Below are positions 43,028 through 56,706 of a DNA stretch of 64,000 nucleotides, piece by piece (positions within the stretch are counted from its first letter, which is position 1; each line of letters opens with the position of its first letter). The stretch is from the human T2T-CHM13v2.0 reference genome, Homo sapiens. The position numbers and the translations under genes were made by a program. Below the pieces are notes generated by a model. It had not been told where the DNA came from, made no database searches, and worked only from the letters and a program-made list of their open reading frames with translations. The DNA is taken from assembly GCF_009914755.1 (NCBI RefSeq), contig NC_060935.1. One strand, written 5' to 3'.

Positions 43028-45489
43028 CATTGTTTAGTCTTTCTACTTAAGAGTAGTTTACATCCCACAATTCCAGGATTATAATATTCTGTGTTTTTCT
43101 GTGTGCTTACTATTGCCAGTCAGTTTTGCACCTTCAGATGATTTCTTATTGCTCATTAACGTTCTTTTCTTTCAGAATGAAGAACTACCTTTAGCATTTT
43201 TTTGTAGGAGAGGTCTGATGATTGATGAAATCTCTCAGCTTTTGTTTGTCTGGGAAAGTTTTTATTTCTCCTTTATGCTTGAAGGATATTTTCACTGAAT
43301 ATATTATTCTAGGGTAAAAGTTTTTTTCCTTCAGTACTTTAAATATGTCATGCCATTCTCCCCTAACCTGTAAGGTTTCCACTGAAAAGTCTGCTGCCAG
43401 ACATATTGGAGCTCAGTTGTATATTATTTGTTTCTGTTCTCTTGCTGCTTTTAGGATCCTTTCTTTATTTCTGACTTTTGGGAGTTTGATTACTAAATGT
43501 CTTGAGGTAGTCTGGTTCAGGTTAAATTTGCTTTGTGTTCTATAACCTTCTTGTACTTGGATATTGATATCTTTCTCTAGGTTTGGGAAGTTCTCTGATA
43601 TTATCCCTTTGAATAAACTTTCTACCCCTGTCTATTTCTCTACCTCATCTTTAAGGCCAATAACTCAGGTTTGCCCTTTTGAAGCTACTTTCTAGATCTT
43701 GTAGGCATGTTTCATTCTTTTTTCTCCTCTGTCTGTGTATTTTCAAATAGCCTGTCTTCAGGCTCACTAATTCCTCCTTCTGGTTGATCAATTCTGCTGT
43801 TAAGAGACTCTGATGCATTCCTCAGTATATCAATTGCATTTTTCAAATGCAAAAAGAACCTAGGCCTGGACTCAGGGACCCCAAGAAGTATATAATTCCT
43901 GCTTGATTCTTTTTAATTATTTCAATCCCTTTGTTAAATTTATCTGATAGAATTCTGAAATCCTTTTCTCTATTATCTTGAATTTCTTTGAGTTTCCTCA
44001 ACACAGCTATTTTGAATTCTCGTTTTGAAAGGTCACATATCTGTTTCTCCAGGATTGGTCCCTCGTGCCTTATTTAGTTCCTTTGCTGAGGTCATGTTTT
44101 CCTGGCTGGTCTTGATGCTTGTAGATGTTTGTCAATGTTGGGCATTGAGCAGTTAGGTGTTTATCGTAGTCTTCACAATTTGGACTTCGCAATCTGTGTT
44201 ATTCTTCTTGGGAAGACTTTCCGGGTATTCAAAGGGACTTGGGCCCCAAGCCTAGTAATGCTGTGGCTCTTGCAGACTCACAGAGTTACCACCTTAGTGG
44301 TCTTGGGTAAGATCCAGAGGAATTATCTGGATTACTAGGCAGAGACTCTTGTTCTCTTCCCTTAGTTTCTCTCAAACAAATGGCATATTTCTCTCTCTGT
44401 GCTTAGCCACCTGGAGCTGGGGGTGGGGTGATGGAAGCACCCCTATGGCCACCACCACTCAAATTGCCCTGGGTCATGCCTGAAGCCAACACAGCACTGG
44501 GTCTCACCCAAGGCCCACTGTAACCAGTACCTGGTTACCACCTATGTTTGATCAAGGCCCTAGGGCTCTACAATCAGCAGGTAGCAAAGCCAGCCAGGTT
44601 TGCATCCTTTCTTTCAAGGCGACAAGTTCCCCCAGGCCCAAAGTGGGTCTATAGATACTGTCTGGGAGCCAGGGATTGGAGTGAAAAAAAAAGCCTTAGA
44701 AATCTACCTGGTGTTCTATTCTTCTGTGGCTAAGCTGGCACAAAGTCCTTCCCACTCTTCCCTCTCCTTTCCACAGGCAGAGGAGCCTTTCCTCATGGCC
44801 TCCACCACCACTGGCCCATGGGGAGTTCTGCCAGACCACTGCTAATGTTCCCTTAAGGCGCAAGGACATCTCAGTCAGCTTGTGGTGAATACTGCCAGGT
44901 CTGGGACACAATCCTAGGGCCAGTTAGCTCCCTTCTGTCCCAGGGCAGGTCCAGAAATTCTGTCCAAGAGCCTAGGCCTGGACTCAGGGATCCCAAGAGC
45001 CTGTTTGGTGCTCTATCCTCCTGTGGCCGAGCTAGTAACTGAAGCCAGTACATCTTAGAGTCTCACCCAAGGCCCATGGTCTGTATTCCCTGGGTATCAC
45101 TGTTGGTTATTCAGGGCCCAAGGGCTCTTTAGTCAGCAGGTGATGAGTCCTGCCAGGACTGGGTCCTTCCCTTCAAGGTAGCAGGTTCCCTTCTGGGCCA
45201 CGGTGTGTCTAGAAATATCTGGGAGCCAGGGCCGGGAATGGGGACCTCATGACTCTGCCCAGAGTCCTATCCTACTGTGGCTGAGCTGGTAACTAAGATG
45301 CAAGACAAAGTTGTCTTTACTCTTCTCTCTTCTGTCCTCAAGCAGAAGGAAGGAGTCACTTTTGTTGCTGCCAGCTGTGCTGAGTGGGGTTGGGGGACCA
45401 AGCACTCCCTTGGTCACTTCGACTGGTGTCTACCTAGGTCACTCCAGTCCACTGGCTCTAAGCCCAGCACAGCATCAGAACTAGCCTAA

Positions 45490-46940
45490 GACATTTTACA
45501 CTGTTTTGGTAATCATAATTTACTGGTAGTGGTATTAGTATTGTTATTGTTATTCTGAGGCTGTTGGATGTATAATGTAGGATAAAGCAAATGAATAATT
45601 AGAATAATTATGGTTCATTCTAATTCTAATTCTATTATTTCTGTGTTCTTGAGGACCAGAGTTCTCAGTTCAAAAGAATGGAAATACATAGTTGTATAGA
45701 AGAGGTAAGGTTGTAGATCTGGACTTGAATTTGAATTTTTAATTACATATATTCTCTCTCTCTCTCTCTCTCTCCCCTCACCCTGCCCACCTCTGTTCAC
45801 TGAAAAAGGCCTAGAAAGTATGACCAAGAAATACAATGAGCCTCTTATCCCCAGATGTGGTTGTGATATACCATTTCCCATTGAAAGAAGGCAGGGCATC
45901 TTGGAGAAATGGCTGATCCCAGGTCTGGGCAGAAGATGTACAATATAAGCCTGGAATAGGTCATGTAAAAGGACTTAGAAGCCAACGTAAGAGGATTCCC
46001 ACTAGCCGAAGATGACAACTTGAGCTTTAATAAGGATAGTCGTTGCAATGGATTGGAACCGATGTTTAGACATGGTCTAGTATATTTATACTCATGAGTT
46101 CATAATGCCATTTTAAAAATTATCTAATTGGTTATCTCCTGAGGATGGCCGGGAACCACTTTATCTTGAAAACTGAGTAAATACAGGAAATGAGCACTTT
46201 TCTTGTCACTACTATTTGAATGTATTATTTGAATAACCAAATAATAAATGAGGGGCAGCATCTCTGCATAAAATTATTCTAGCTGATAAATGAAATCTAA
46301 ATGATTTATGGATCCAAAGTCTAGACATTAGACATTGAGCACCAATAGCTGCTAATACTAAAAACAGAGCAAAAAGCAGGCATTGTGTGTTCCTAATGAA
46401 GTGCATAGCTTTGGCTAAAAGAATAGAACTTGAGCCTGATCAAGCCTCAGAATCCAGCTGTCAATTTCAAGAATACAGAGACAGTTCAACGTGTTGAACT
46501 GCACGGAAGTATGCAGGCCACAGAATCCAGACTGGGAGAAATTCCATTGGGCAAACGAACAAATAAATTGTAAGGAAAGGAAAGAGATGAAGGAGGAATC
46601 CGTAAATTAAAAGAGAGTTAGAAGACATAAAGTTTCAAAAACTAGGCAAGACTAGTGTCTAGGAATGCACTTGGGTGATAAATCATAAAAGAAAAAAAAC
46701 CACAAGGAAGTGATTACTCTAAAAGTCAGGGAAGTTGTTACTTTTGGAGAGGAGGTAGAGGCTACGGTTGGGATGAGGACATGGGGGGCTTTCTGGGTGG
46801 TTGGCAAATTTCTATATCTTAACCTGCATAGTTATTATGAGGTGTTCACCTTATAATGATTCAGTAAACCATTTATATTGTGTGTGTGGTTTTCTGTATC
46901 TATGTTTTATTTTACAATAAACAGGTAAAAAAATCAAAAC
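45490..46940 (+). mobile_element. L1MC-type 3' region (continuation of the 35790-37585 element)
   Basis: Ends ggggggctttctgggtgg...ttctatatcttaacctg...ttttacaataaa, then an A-rich tail. Confidence 0.7.
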
Positions 46941-46949
46941 CAGAAAAAG

Positions 46950-47400
46950 TGATGAAAACATAAGCGGAATTTAAAGCCTTGGGAATGGATAATTTCATTT
47001 GGGAGAGAGGATAGATAGGGCAGACAGCCCAGGACTGAGCCTTGGGGGCACTCCAATGTTTGAACGTCTGGTAAGAGGAGATTGAGAGGGAGCCGCCACG
47101 GAGGCAAGAAAACAAAGTGGTAGCTATAAAGGAACAGATGAATGAGATATCAGGGAAGCTTAGAGAAGAAAGTATTTCAAGATGGAGTAAATGCCTTAAC
47201 TGCTCAATGCTGCTTGCAGACTAGAGTGAGCATAGATTACCCATGGACTTTGGTGCAAGGGAAGTGATTGGTAACTTCAGTAAGCACCGTCTCAGAGTGG
47301 TGGCAATAGCCTAGCAGAGTGGGTTCAGGTGAGAATGGGAGTGAGATGGAGGCAATAGTTTCAAGGGAACCTTGAGTGATGCAAAGGAGAGGGCAAGCGA
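46950..47400 (-). mobile_element. L2 continuation
   Basis: ttaaagccttgggaatggat...aggactgagccttgggggcactccaatgttt. Confidence 0.75.
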
Positions 47401-50079
47401 TAGGTCAGGAAAGCCCTTGACTGTCTTAGTGCCAGGCACAATACAAGTCAGACTCAGCCCCAATGGCAGGGCACTCTGCTTGGAAGATGAGCTACATGGT
47501 GTGTTCTGCTGAAGTCCATCACCGTTCATCCCCCACCCCCTACCCACCCTGTCTCATGCGCTGCTCTGCCCAGTGCATGATGCTGAAGATAGACCTGCAG
47601 CAGGGCAGGCAGCAGCCAGCTGCTGTTCTACATGCAGGGCAAGCAGGGCCTGAAGGGCAGGAGGCACCATGCTTGCGGGCAACAGCAGCCAACTGCTGAG
47701 ACAGGATGCCAAGCAGATCAAAGCCGTCAGCTGGGATTTCTGATCCCCATCACCACCTGCCTTGGCAAAGTTGAGAGGATGTATTCTCCCTGTGTCTTGT
47801 TCGTGCCTTCCCTCTGAAGCTCAGTCACAGCCATTTCTCATCCTGGTGAGATGGGGGAGGAGGGGCTGGCACCTGAAGATGACGCAGGCCAGAGCTTTTG
47901 GAGACGCAGCCGGTAGGGAGCGGACTCTGGCTTGTCGGCAGAGAGGAGCAGAGTAGCCTTTTGTTCATTCCAAGATCAGAGCCAAAAAGTTGAAGCAGAG
48001 AAGTTTCACAGCAGGGCTGGATACTCTCTTCAGAGCAGCCTGGCAATATAAAAAGAGCATTTGTAGCCCTTGGTCCACACCAGCCTGGTGTCCTCCCTTC
48101 TTAGTTGAGTTTCCAAGGCTCAATCCCCCCTCCTGTAGCCACCTGCCCTGCCCATGGGCAGAGGCATTCTAGTAGGTTGGCATGGTGTTAACCAGCCAGG
48201 CTTGATTTTCCTTATCTATATGGAAATAATAGTAGTGCCTGCTTGTAGAATTACTATCAGAAATGGGTTCCTATGCTTAAAATGCTTAGAGCAGTGCTTA
48301 CCACACAAATGGGGCCAATCTTAGCTGATCTGGCCCCCTTGAGTTTCCCATGGGCTCTGCCTGCTTTCCTGCCCTCTGTGTCAGAAACTCAAGAGACATT
48401 CCCACAGGTCTGAGCCTGGGCCTCTTCCAGGCCTTGCTTCATGGACCAGAGCTCCCTTGGAGGTGAGAGTCTGTACATTAGGACTGCTCACTGCCCAATG
48501 AGGTTAGAGTTGCAGGGACCATGGAGATGATTTTCTAGGTGAGAAAACTGGGGCCCACAGGGAAGGAATCCTTTTCTACTGCTTCTAGAACTTTCTCTGT
48601 CATTCTGTGTTTCTCTGAGACAACATGTTTAGACATCTCTTATTTCAACATATACCTATCAGAGCAAAATTCTGCATTGCAATACGGGGCACTTTGGAGT
48701 CCCAAGATCTAGGGGTGAGTGTGTGTCTCGGACTTTCTGTCCTCAGGTGACGATGCTCAGTGTCAGTATGCATATGCAGTTTCTAGCATTTGTGATAATT
48801 TACGCTGATCTGGTACAATCACACATCTGTCTAATATCCAGAGGGCGGGCCTAAACCAGAGGTGACTTTTGTGGCTCCAAACAGAGTCCACTAACAAGAT
48901 CACACACAGACCAAACCCATTACCCTTGCCCTAGGACTGCACTCCAGCCAGCTGACCTCACATGCCCCAACCTCATCCACCAGGGCAGCCCATCTGGTGG
49001 CCAAAGGCTGTGTTTGGGAAACACAGATGGCTGGTTTGCATTACACGGAACAGCTTGGGATGTGGACTACATGGACAATTGGCTGAACTTTTGCAGATTT
49101 AATCAGATGTTTGGCATCACATAGGTGTAGATTGACTCTCCTTCCCTTCTGAGCCTACTCTCCACTTCAAGAATTTTAATAAAATGCCTGAGCCTGGCTG
49201 TACTCTACAATCGACAACTGTTATACCTGAGCATAGCATGGGGTTGTAGTTAGGCTGCTGGGAAAGTCATATGCCGGCCATGCACCTGCTGTTGATGTGA
49301 AAACCAGCAGAAGCTAGACAATCACAGCCAGCCTTTTGCGGTGGCAGTAGCTCCCAGCCCCTCCTTCCCTCACCCCCGCATGAGTGGCAGAGCCTTCAGC
49401 TAGAGAAAGGATAGGGACTGAAGCATCCCCACAGGAACCTGCTGACCCCACATTACCCAGAGCTGTCCCGTGGCCCTGTCCCAGCTGGGACTCTGAGCAT
49501 CATGCCTCATCATGCACTCCACCCATATAGGGCCCCAGCTGGCAGAGGGGAGGTGAACTGCCAGGAAGTGATCCAGCATTGCCTGGTAACTTGGGAGGAA
49601 CTATCTCTGGCATCTGCCTGGGATCCTGGTCTCCCTGGTTTGGTCCAGAGGAGTTTACCCCAGTCTCTGTGCTCCCATGGAGCTGAGTGACTAGTGAGGA
49701 ATGGGAGCATTGTCCCTTTGCTTCTCTTGCCCATCAGTCAATCCACCTCCCGTGAGTGCCTCAGTTAGTGTACCTGTAAAGTACAATGGCCTCTCCCACC
49801 CTTCTCCTGGCCATGTATCTGCATAATGCTTTATTATGGGCCCTCTCCTGGGTCATTCTCACCTTACCATAGAGACGAGGCATGTTTATTTGGTTTTATT
49901 TGACGCAAGATCTGAGACTGCACTGAGTGTCCAACCCTACCTCACATTTCTGGGGTCTTCCGGCTGGACCAGGGACCTAAGGGAGGAGGGGCCTCAGTAA
50001 AGCTGTGGATAGTGTGTGTGAGGGGCAAGTTTCTGGCACCTGCTCCAGAACCCCACTGCTGTGCTGTCTCTCTCGTTCG

Positions 50080-50610
<531 letters not shown>

Positions 50611-51012
50611 CTGCAAAAATAGCAAATGTGTAGATTTCCTTCCTCAGGCGGCCTTCTATTCATGTGAGTGCCCCACAGGGTATCTTAACTTTTCAGGTTA
50701 AATATAAAATGCCTTCTGTTTTCATTCATGGATATCAGTATACATGCACGCATACATGCACAGGCAAGCACAGACACACTCACATCAACCAATTGTCATT
50801 ACCCTGCTCTTCATTCATTCATTCCGACCAGCAAAGCCCAGTGGGCCCCTGTGGGGTAAGATGCAGTCTCTGCCCTGGGGGAATTCTCTGGCTAAGAGGA
50901 GACATAGATCTGTGAATATGCAATGGCTCTAGGGTAGCTGCAGCAATATGGGGACACAGAGGAACAAATATGATCTGGGAATTTGGAGACTGGGCTCACA
51001 TCTCAGGAATTA

Positions 51013-51651
<639 letters not shown>

Positions 51652-51942
51652 TTAGTGGGAGTGTAAATTAGTTCAACCATTGTGGAAAGCAGTATGGCAT
51701 TTCCACAAAGAGCTAAAAGCAGAATTACCATTTTACTCAACAATCCCATTACTGGGTATATACCCAGAGAAATAGAAATCATTCTACCATAAAGACACAT
51801 GCATGTGAATGTTCATTGCAGCACTATTCACTACAGCAAAGACATGGGATCAACCTAAATGCCCATCAATGACAGATTAGATGAAGAAAATGTGGTACAT
51901 ATACACCATGGAATACTGTGCAGCCATAAAAAGAATGAGATT

Positions 51943-52338
<396 letters not shown>

Positions 52339-52604
52339 TTATTTTTAAGTGGGAGCTAAATGATGAGAAGTTATGAACACAAAGAAGGAAATATCAGACA
52401 CAGGGGTCTACTTGAGGGTGGAAGGTAGGAGAAGGGAGAGGAGTGGAAAAGATAACTCTTGGGTACTGGGCTTAATACCTGGGTGATGAAGTAATCTGCA
52501 CAACAAATCCCTGTTATGTGAGTTTACTTATGTAACGAGCCTTCATGTGTACCTCCAAACCTAGAATAAAAGTTTTTTTTAAAAAAGAAAAGTTTTTGTA
52601 TAAT

Positions 52605-52920
52605 AGAATCTTGGAATTAGCCATAAAGAAGACCTGGGTTCAAATCCCAGCTCTGCCCATTACTGCCTGGGGTATTGTTGCAAAGATGGTGTGTTGAAGG
52701 ATTTGGCACAAAGTTCAGCACATACAAAGTCTCATAGATGCTTTTTGAAAATTTTTTTCACTAACTTGCTTTGTTACCTTAAACAAGTCAGCTAACGCTG
52801 TTGGGCCTCAATTGTCTTATTTATAAAATGGGAGCAATAGTATCTGCCTTGAGTATCTTTAAAGCTGCTGGTAAAGAGAAAACTATTTACTGTCGGTGGA
52901 AGGGCTTTAATATGTGAACT
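52605..52920 (+). mobile_element. MIR fragments
   Basis: gacctgggttcaaatcccagctctgcc; ttaccttaaacaagtca...cctcaattgtcttatttataaaatggg. Confidence 0.7.
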
Positions 52921-54289
52921 TCAATCTTCATTGTAACGAGTAGCACAGCGAGGCTGGTGTGGGAGTCATGCAGAGGGAAGCCAGAGGGCCGTGACAGAAT
53001 CAGTCCTCTAAGGTGTGCAGCTGAAAGATCCTAGAGATGGAGATGGAGCTAAGTCCTGTATAATTCTCCCGGCACCCCGGTCTCTCTCATGAAGTGAGTG
53101 CAAAGCGCTTTGCAGTGATAGAGTCTTTTAGAGATGCTTCCTAATAACAACCTACAAGCTGCCCAGGGGGAATGGGGCTGGCAGGAACATTAATGAGGCT
53201 GTTGGGTGTCTGTTAAAGCTCGGCTCCATCAGACTCTGCCGCAAACAGCTGCTGGGACTTGGGAATATCTGGAAACAGTGTGGGGCTCAGGCTTCTTTTT
53301 TCCCCCCGGGCCTGGACGCTGGGCACAGCAAGACCCACAACCCCACTGTCCCTGGCCCTTGTCAATCATGTTAGCCTTTTTGCTGTTCATATGTTATACT
53401 TTGGGGTTTTAATTCGTACTAAATAGGCAGGAAGATAGAACTGAAAAGCTTGTTCTCTGGCTGCGTACAAGAAGGACAACAGGAGTAATGTTGACTGCCA
53501 TTCACCCTATGCCAGGCCCTGGGCAAAGGGGGCAGTCGTGGTGTCCCAGCAACTGACTGGGCAGTCAGAGAATGGAGTGTTCCCTTTCTTGGAAGAGGAG
53601 TAAAGAGGAAGCAGGAGGAGACACGGGTAGGGTAGAAAGTGTGGGGCAGTGCAGGGAAGAAGAGGTGGCATTTGTATAAAAAGACTCACGAGGAGATTTA
53701 TGTGGAAGTTAGTGCTGGAAAAAGCAACAGTTCTATGTAGAATATTAATGGAATCCATTTTCTTGCCATCTCCTGCAGGAACACTTTGGAAGTGCAAGGG
53801 GAAAAAATCGCTTTGCAGTAATAACTGTTATTTATATAAGAGAACAGCAATGAATATATCAAAATGTGAGGTTTCAAGGTAATAACTGGACCATCAGAAT
53901 CATCATTATCCATTTAAAAGGCAATTTCTGGGCTTGGAAATTGATAGAAAAAAATGGCCCAATTCTACCACGGTGGTAATTAAATTTGTGTTTCTTTTTT
54001 ATGATTTGATTTTGTTCTGAACCTGATGGGACTTGATGACCGAGGGGAATTGAGTAGGGATGTAAATGGGAATGACCGTCCCACCTCATCCTTGCTGATG
54101 TCCAAACATGACAGCTGGGGAGAGGCCTCCAGTTTTCATCCTGGTCACAGTTGGAGGGAAAACAGTGGAGACAGAGGAGGTGACTCCGGCCAGAGTCCAC
54201 TGGACATCTTCTAGAACACTTACTCCTGGATCCTGTGATTCTGCCTCTCTCTCGCCTGCCAAGTTAACCAGCATGGGTGAACATTCCTC

Positions 54290-54615
54290 TGGCTTTTTTC
54301 TATTTATACTAAATCTATAAATTTTTTTTTCTCTCCAAAGAATGGGGAACATTCCATACGTACTGCATGACAATGAGCCCATTACACTGTATCGTGAACA
54401 GCTTTCCATATCAGTTCATATGCATCCATCTACTTCTTTTTAAAAGCTGTGTGCTTGTCCTCTAATGTACTATCATTGAACTAACCTTTCCCCTTTAGGT
54501 GGACATATGGGTTGTTTCCATCCCTGTGCCTGGGTCTTTGTACATTTGCAGGAGCATTTCTGGAGAGTAATTCCTAGAAGTGGAAGATTTGGGTGAAAGG
54601 GTATGAACATCTTAA
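54290..54615 (-). mobile_element. L1ME-type fragment
   Basis: ggtggacatatgggttgtttcca...taattcctagaagtggaa. Confidence 0.65.
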
Positions 54616-55894
54616 AGCAGAATCAGTTGGGCATTGTTGACCTTGAGAAATGAGATTCAACAACGTTTGTCCTCTAGGTCGAATGGATTCTCATTATGTC
54701 AGACTACTGCACAAAACCCTGAAAGATCTTTTGGGAATTGGTGATTTTGCTTATTTAGGGGCCAGGATGAAGACTGAGAAAGAGATAGAGCTTGTTTTGG
54801 ACTGTAGAACATTTAGCCTCACTCCCACCATCAGTGGGACTTGAGAGGTGTTCAGGAGGGTAGTGATGAGCCCCTTTGCAACCTCAGCTAGTGATAATAG
54901 CAGCTACCATAGAGCACTGACGATGCATTAGGCACCTGGGGCTTGCTGTCCAACCCAGCATTGTGATTCCAGCTCTGCTCTTAATGAGTTTGGGACTTGG
55001 GGATGTTTTTTTAACCTCTTCCTGGGTGAAATGGGACCATCACAAATACTTCACAGAGTCACTGTGAAAAGTAAATGTGATAGCTCTTGCAATATTACTT
55101 TGTAAAGAATAAGGTGCTTCATAAATGTCAGTGTCTTTATTAATCATGTATTTGAGGTTGATTTAAAGCTGACCAAAGTATTCCTTCCCTTTCCTCCCCT
55201 CTCCACCACAGTGCTCAGAGCCCTGGGACCTAAAGAAAAGAGATGTGTTCGTTTCCTCTTTGCTCTTTGACCTTGAGGAAGTTATTAAACCTCTCTAAGA
55301 TGGAGCTTCCCTTTCTGAAAACTCAAGGGAGGTACAACTGTGTAAGAAGCTCAGCCCTGTCAGGATCAGCAGCTCTGCTGATTTTTTAGATACGGTGTGG
55401 GACAGGTAGGTGCCTAGGTAGGTAGGTGGGACAGGTAGATAGGTCATGAGGGCAAGATGAGAAGAGCAAACTGCTCCTTCCTCCAGCCCCCTTTTCTGTC
55501 CTAGCCAGGAGGGGAGGGCTCTGTGCCCTCAGAGCCCAGGGTCAACGAATGTGGAGTGGTAACATAAAAAATGCCTTAGGAGAGGAACTGTCCTAGGTAG
55601 CAAGCGGGGAGGAGCTTCTGCTTACCCAAAAGGGGGAATTAAGGCTCCATTTCTATTCAGCCACAATCCATTCCCAGAAATCAAGAAATATTCATGAGCT
55701 GCAAGCATTGGATGGCAATGTCTCTCTGTCATCATCAGGAATGACAGATTCCTCAGAGAAGAGGCAGAGCTCAGGTTTCCCATCTTTTCTAAGCACGTCA
55801 CTCAGTAGGATTTCAAATACAGACAACTCTTGAATGAATGCAGTCACTACCCACGGAAGCAAAGGTTGGAGGATGGGAAAATTCAGCAGAATGT

Positions 55895-56055
55895 TGAAGA
55901 CTATGGAGTTGGAATCCTGACTCCACCACTGGTAAGCTGTGCGACATTGTGCAAACCACATCCCCTTCTGAGCCAGGGACGATGGGCTTGCTCTAAGAAT
56001 GAAATGAGATCATCCCTGGCTTTTTTTGAGTAAGCACTCAGTAATTGGTAGCTCT
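55895..56055 (+). mobile_element. MIR
   Basis: ggaatcctgactccaccactggtaagctgtgcgacattgtgcaa...agtaagcactcagtaa. Confidence 0.65.
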
Positions 56056-56399
56056 GTGAGGTATGGCATCCCTGAAATAACAGGTGCGTGCTGTCGCCAA
56101 ACTCTCACAATTCAGGCCCACAAACTCAAGCCTTTCTCAGTATCAGCAGACCTACTGCCTTGATGTTCTAACAACCCCTAATGAGTATAGTATGATCATC
56201 AGTTAAATAAACAAACAATTAGTGAGTGAGCAGAAGGCTCTTCCTCAGCACATCCTATTAATCCGCTGGTCTTTAGTTCACATTTGTTGGAAGCTGATTA
56301 ACTGCACGTCCCAACAGGCACTGGGCAACTTCAGTTCTGAGCCAGACCTGCGCATCCCCAGCCTGTCTTGACTTGCCCCAGTCTCCTCCCCCGCTAGGG

Positions 56400-56706
56400 T
56401 GTGTGACAAACCGAGTCAGTGTTAGCAGTGATGAAAATGTCTGGAAGGAAGCCAGAAGTGATGGAAAAAGTCCAAAACCCCATAAACGGATTACCCTAGA
56501 TGTAAAGTCAGGAGTGTTAAGGTAGTTTGAGGCTGATGAAAAGCTTAGACAGATAGCTAGGACTTTAGAAATTACTTTGGAGGTCTTCAGAACAATACGA
56601 GGTGAAGGAGGGAGAAGAGGCTGCCAGGGTTCCTTGTTCTATGCGCCGTTCCCATTTGTGGTATTTTCGCTTAGTGATTTATTTTGAGCATAGCTCAGTA
56701 GTACTG
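56400..56706 (+). mobile_element. Ancient Tigger/pogo (TcMar) remnant with a transposase N-terminal HTH relic
   Basis: 56484-56600 translates KRITLDVKSGVLR*FEADEKLRQIARTLEITLEVFRTIR, resembling the CENP-B/Tigger N-terminal helix-turn-helix; one stop codon. Confidence 0.65.

Noticed and set aside
46302-46311. Perfect PBX-HOX site TGATTTATGG
   Set aside because: Isolated within old L1 sequence; expected by chance
52625-52660. tRNA-like box B (gggttcaaatccc)
   Set aside because: It is the tRNA-derived head of a MIR, with no cloverleaf
55397-55445. Repeated gtgggacaggtag with (TAGG)n
   Set aside because: Degenerate low-complexity microsatellite with no further structure
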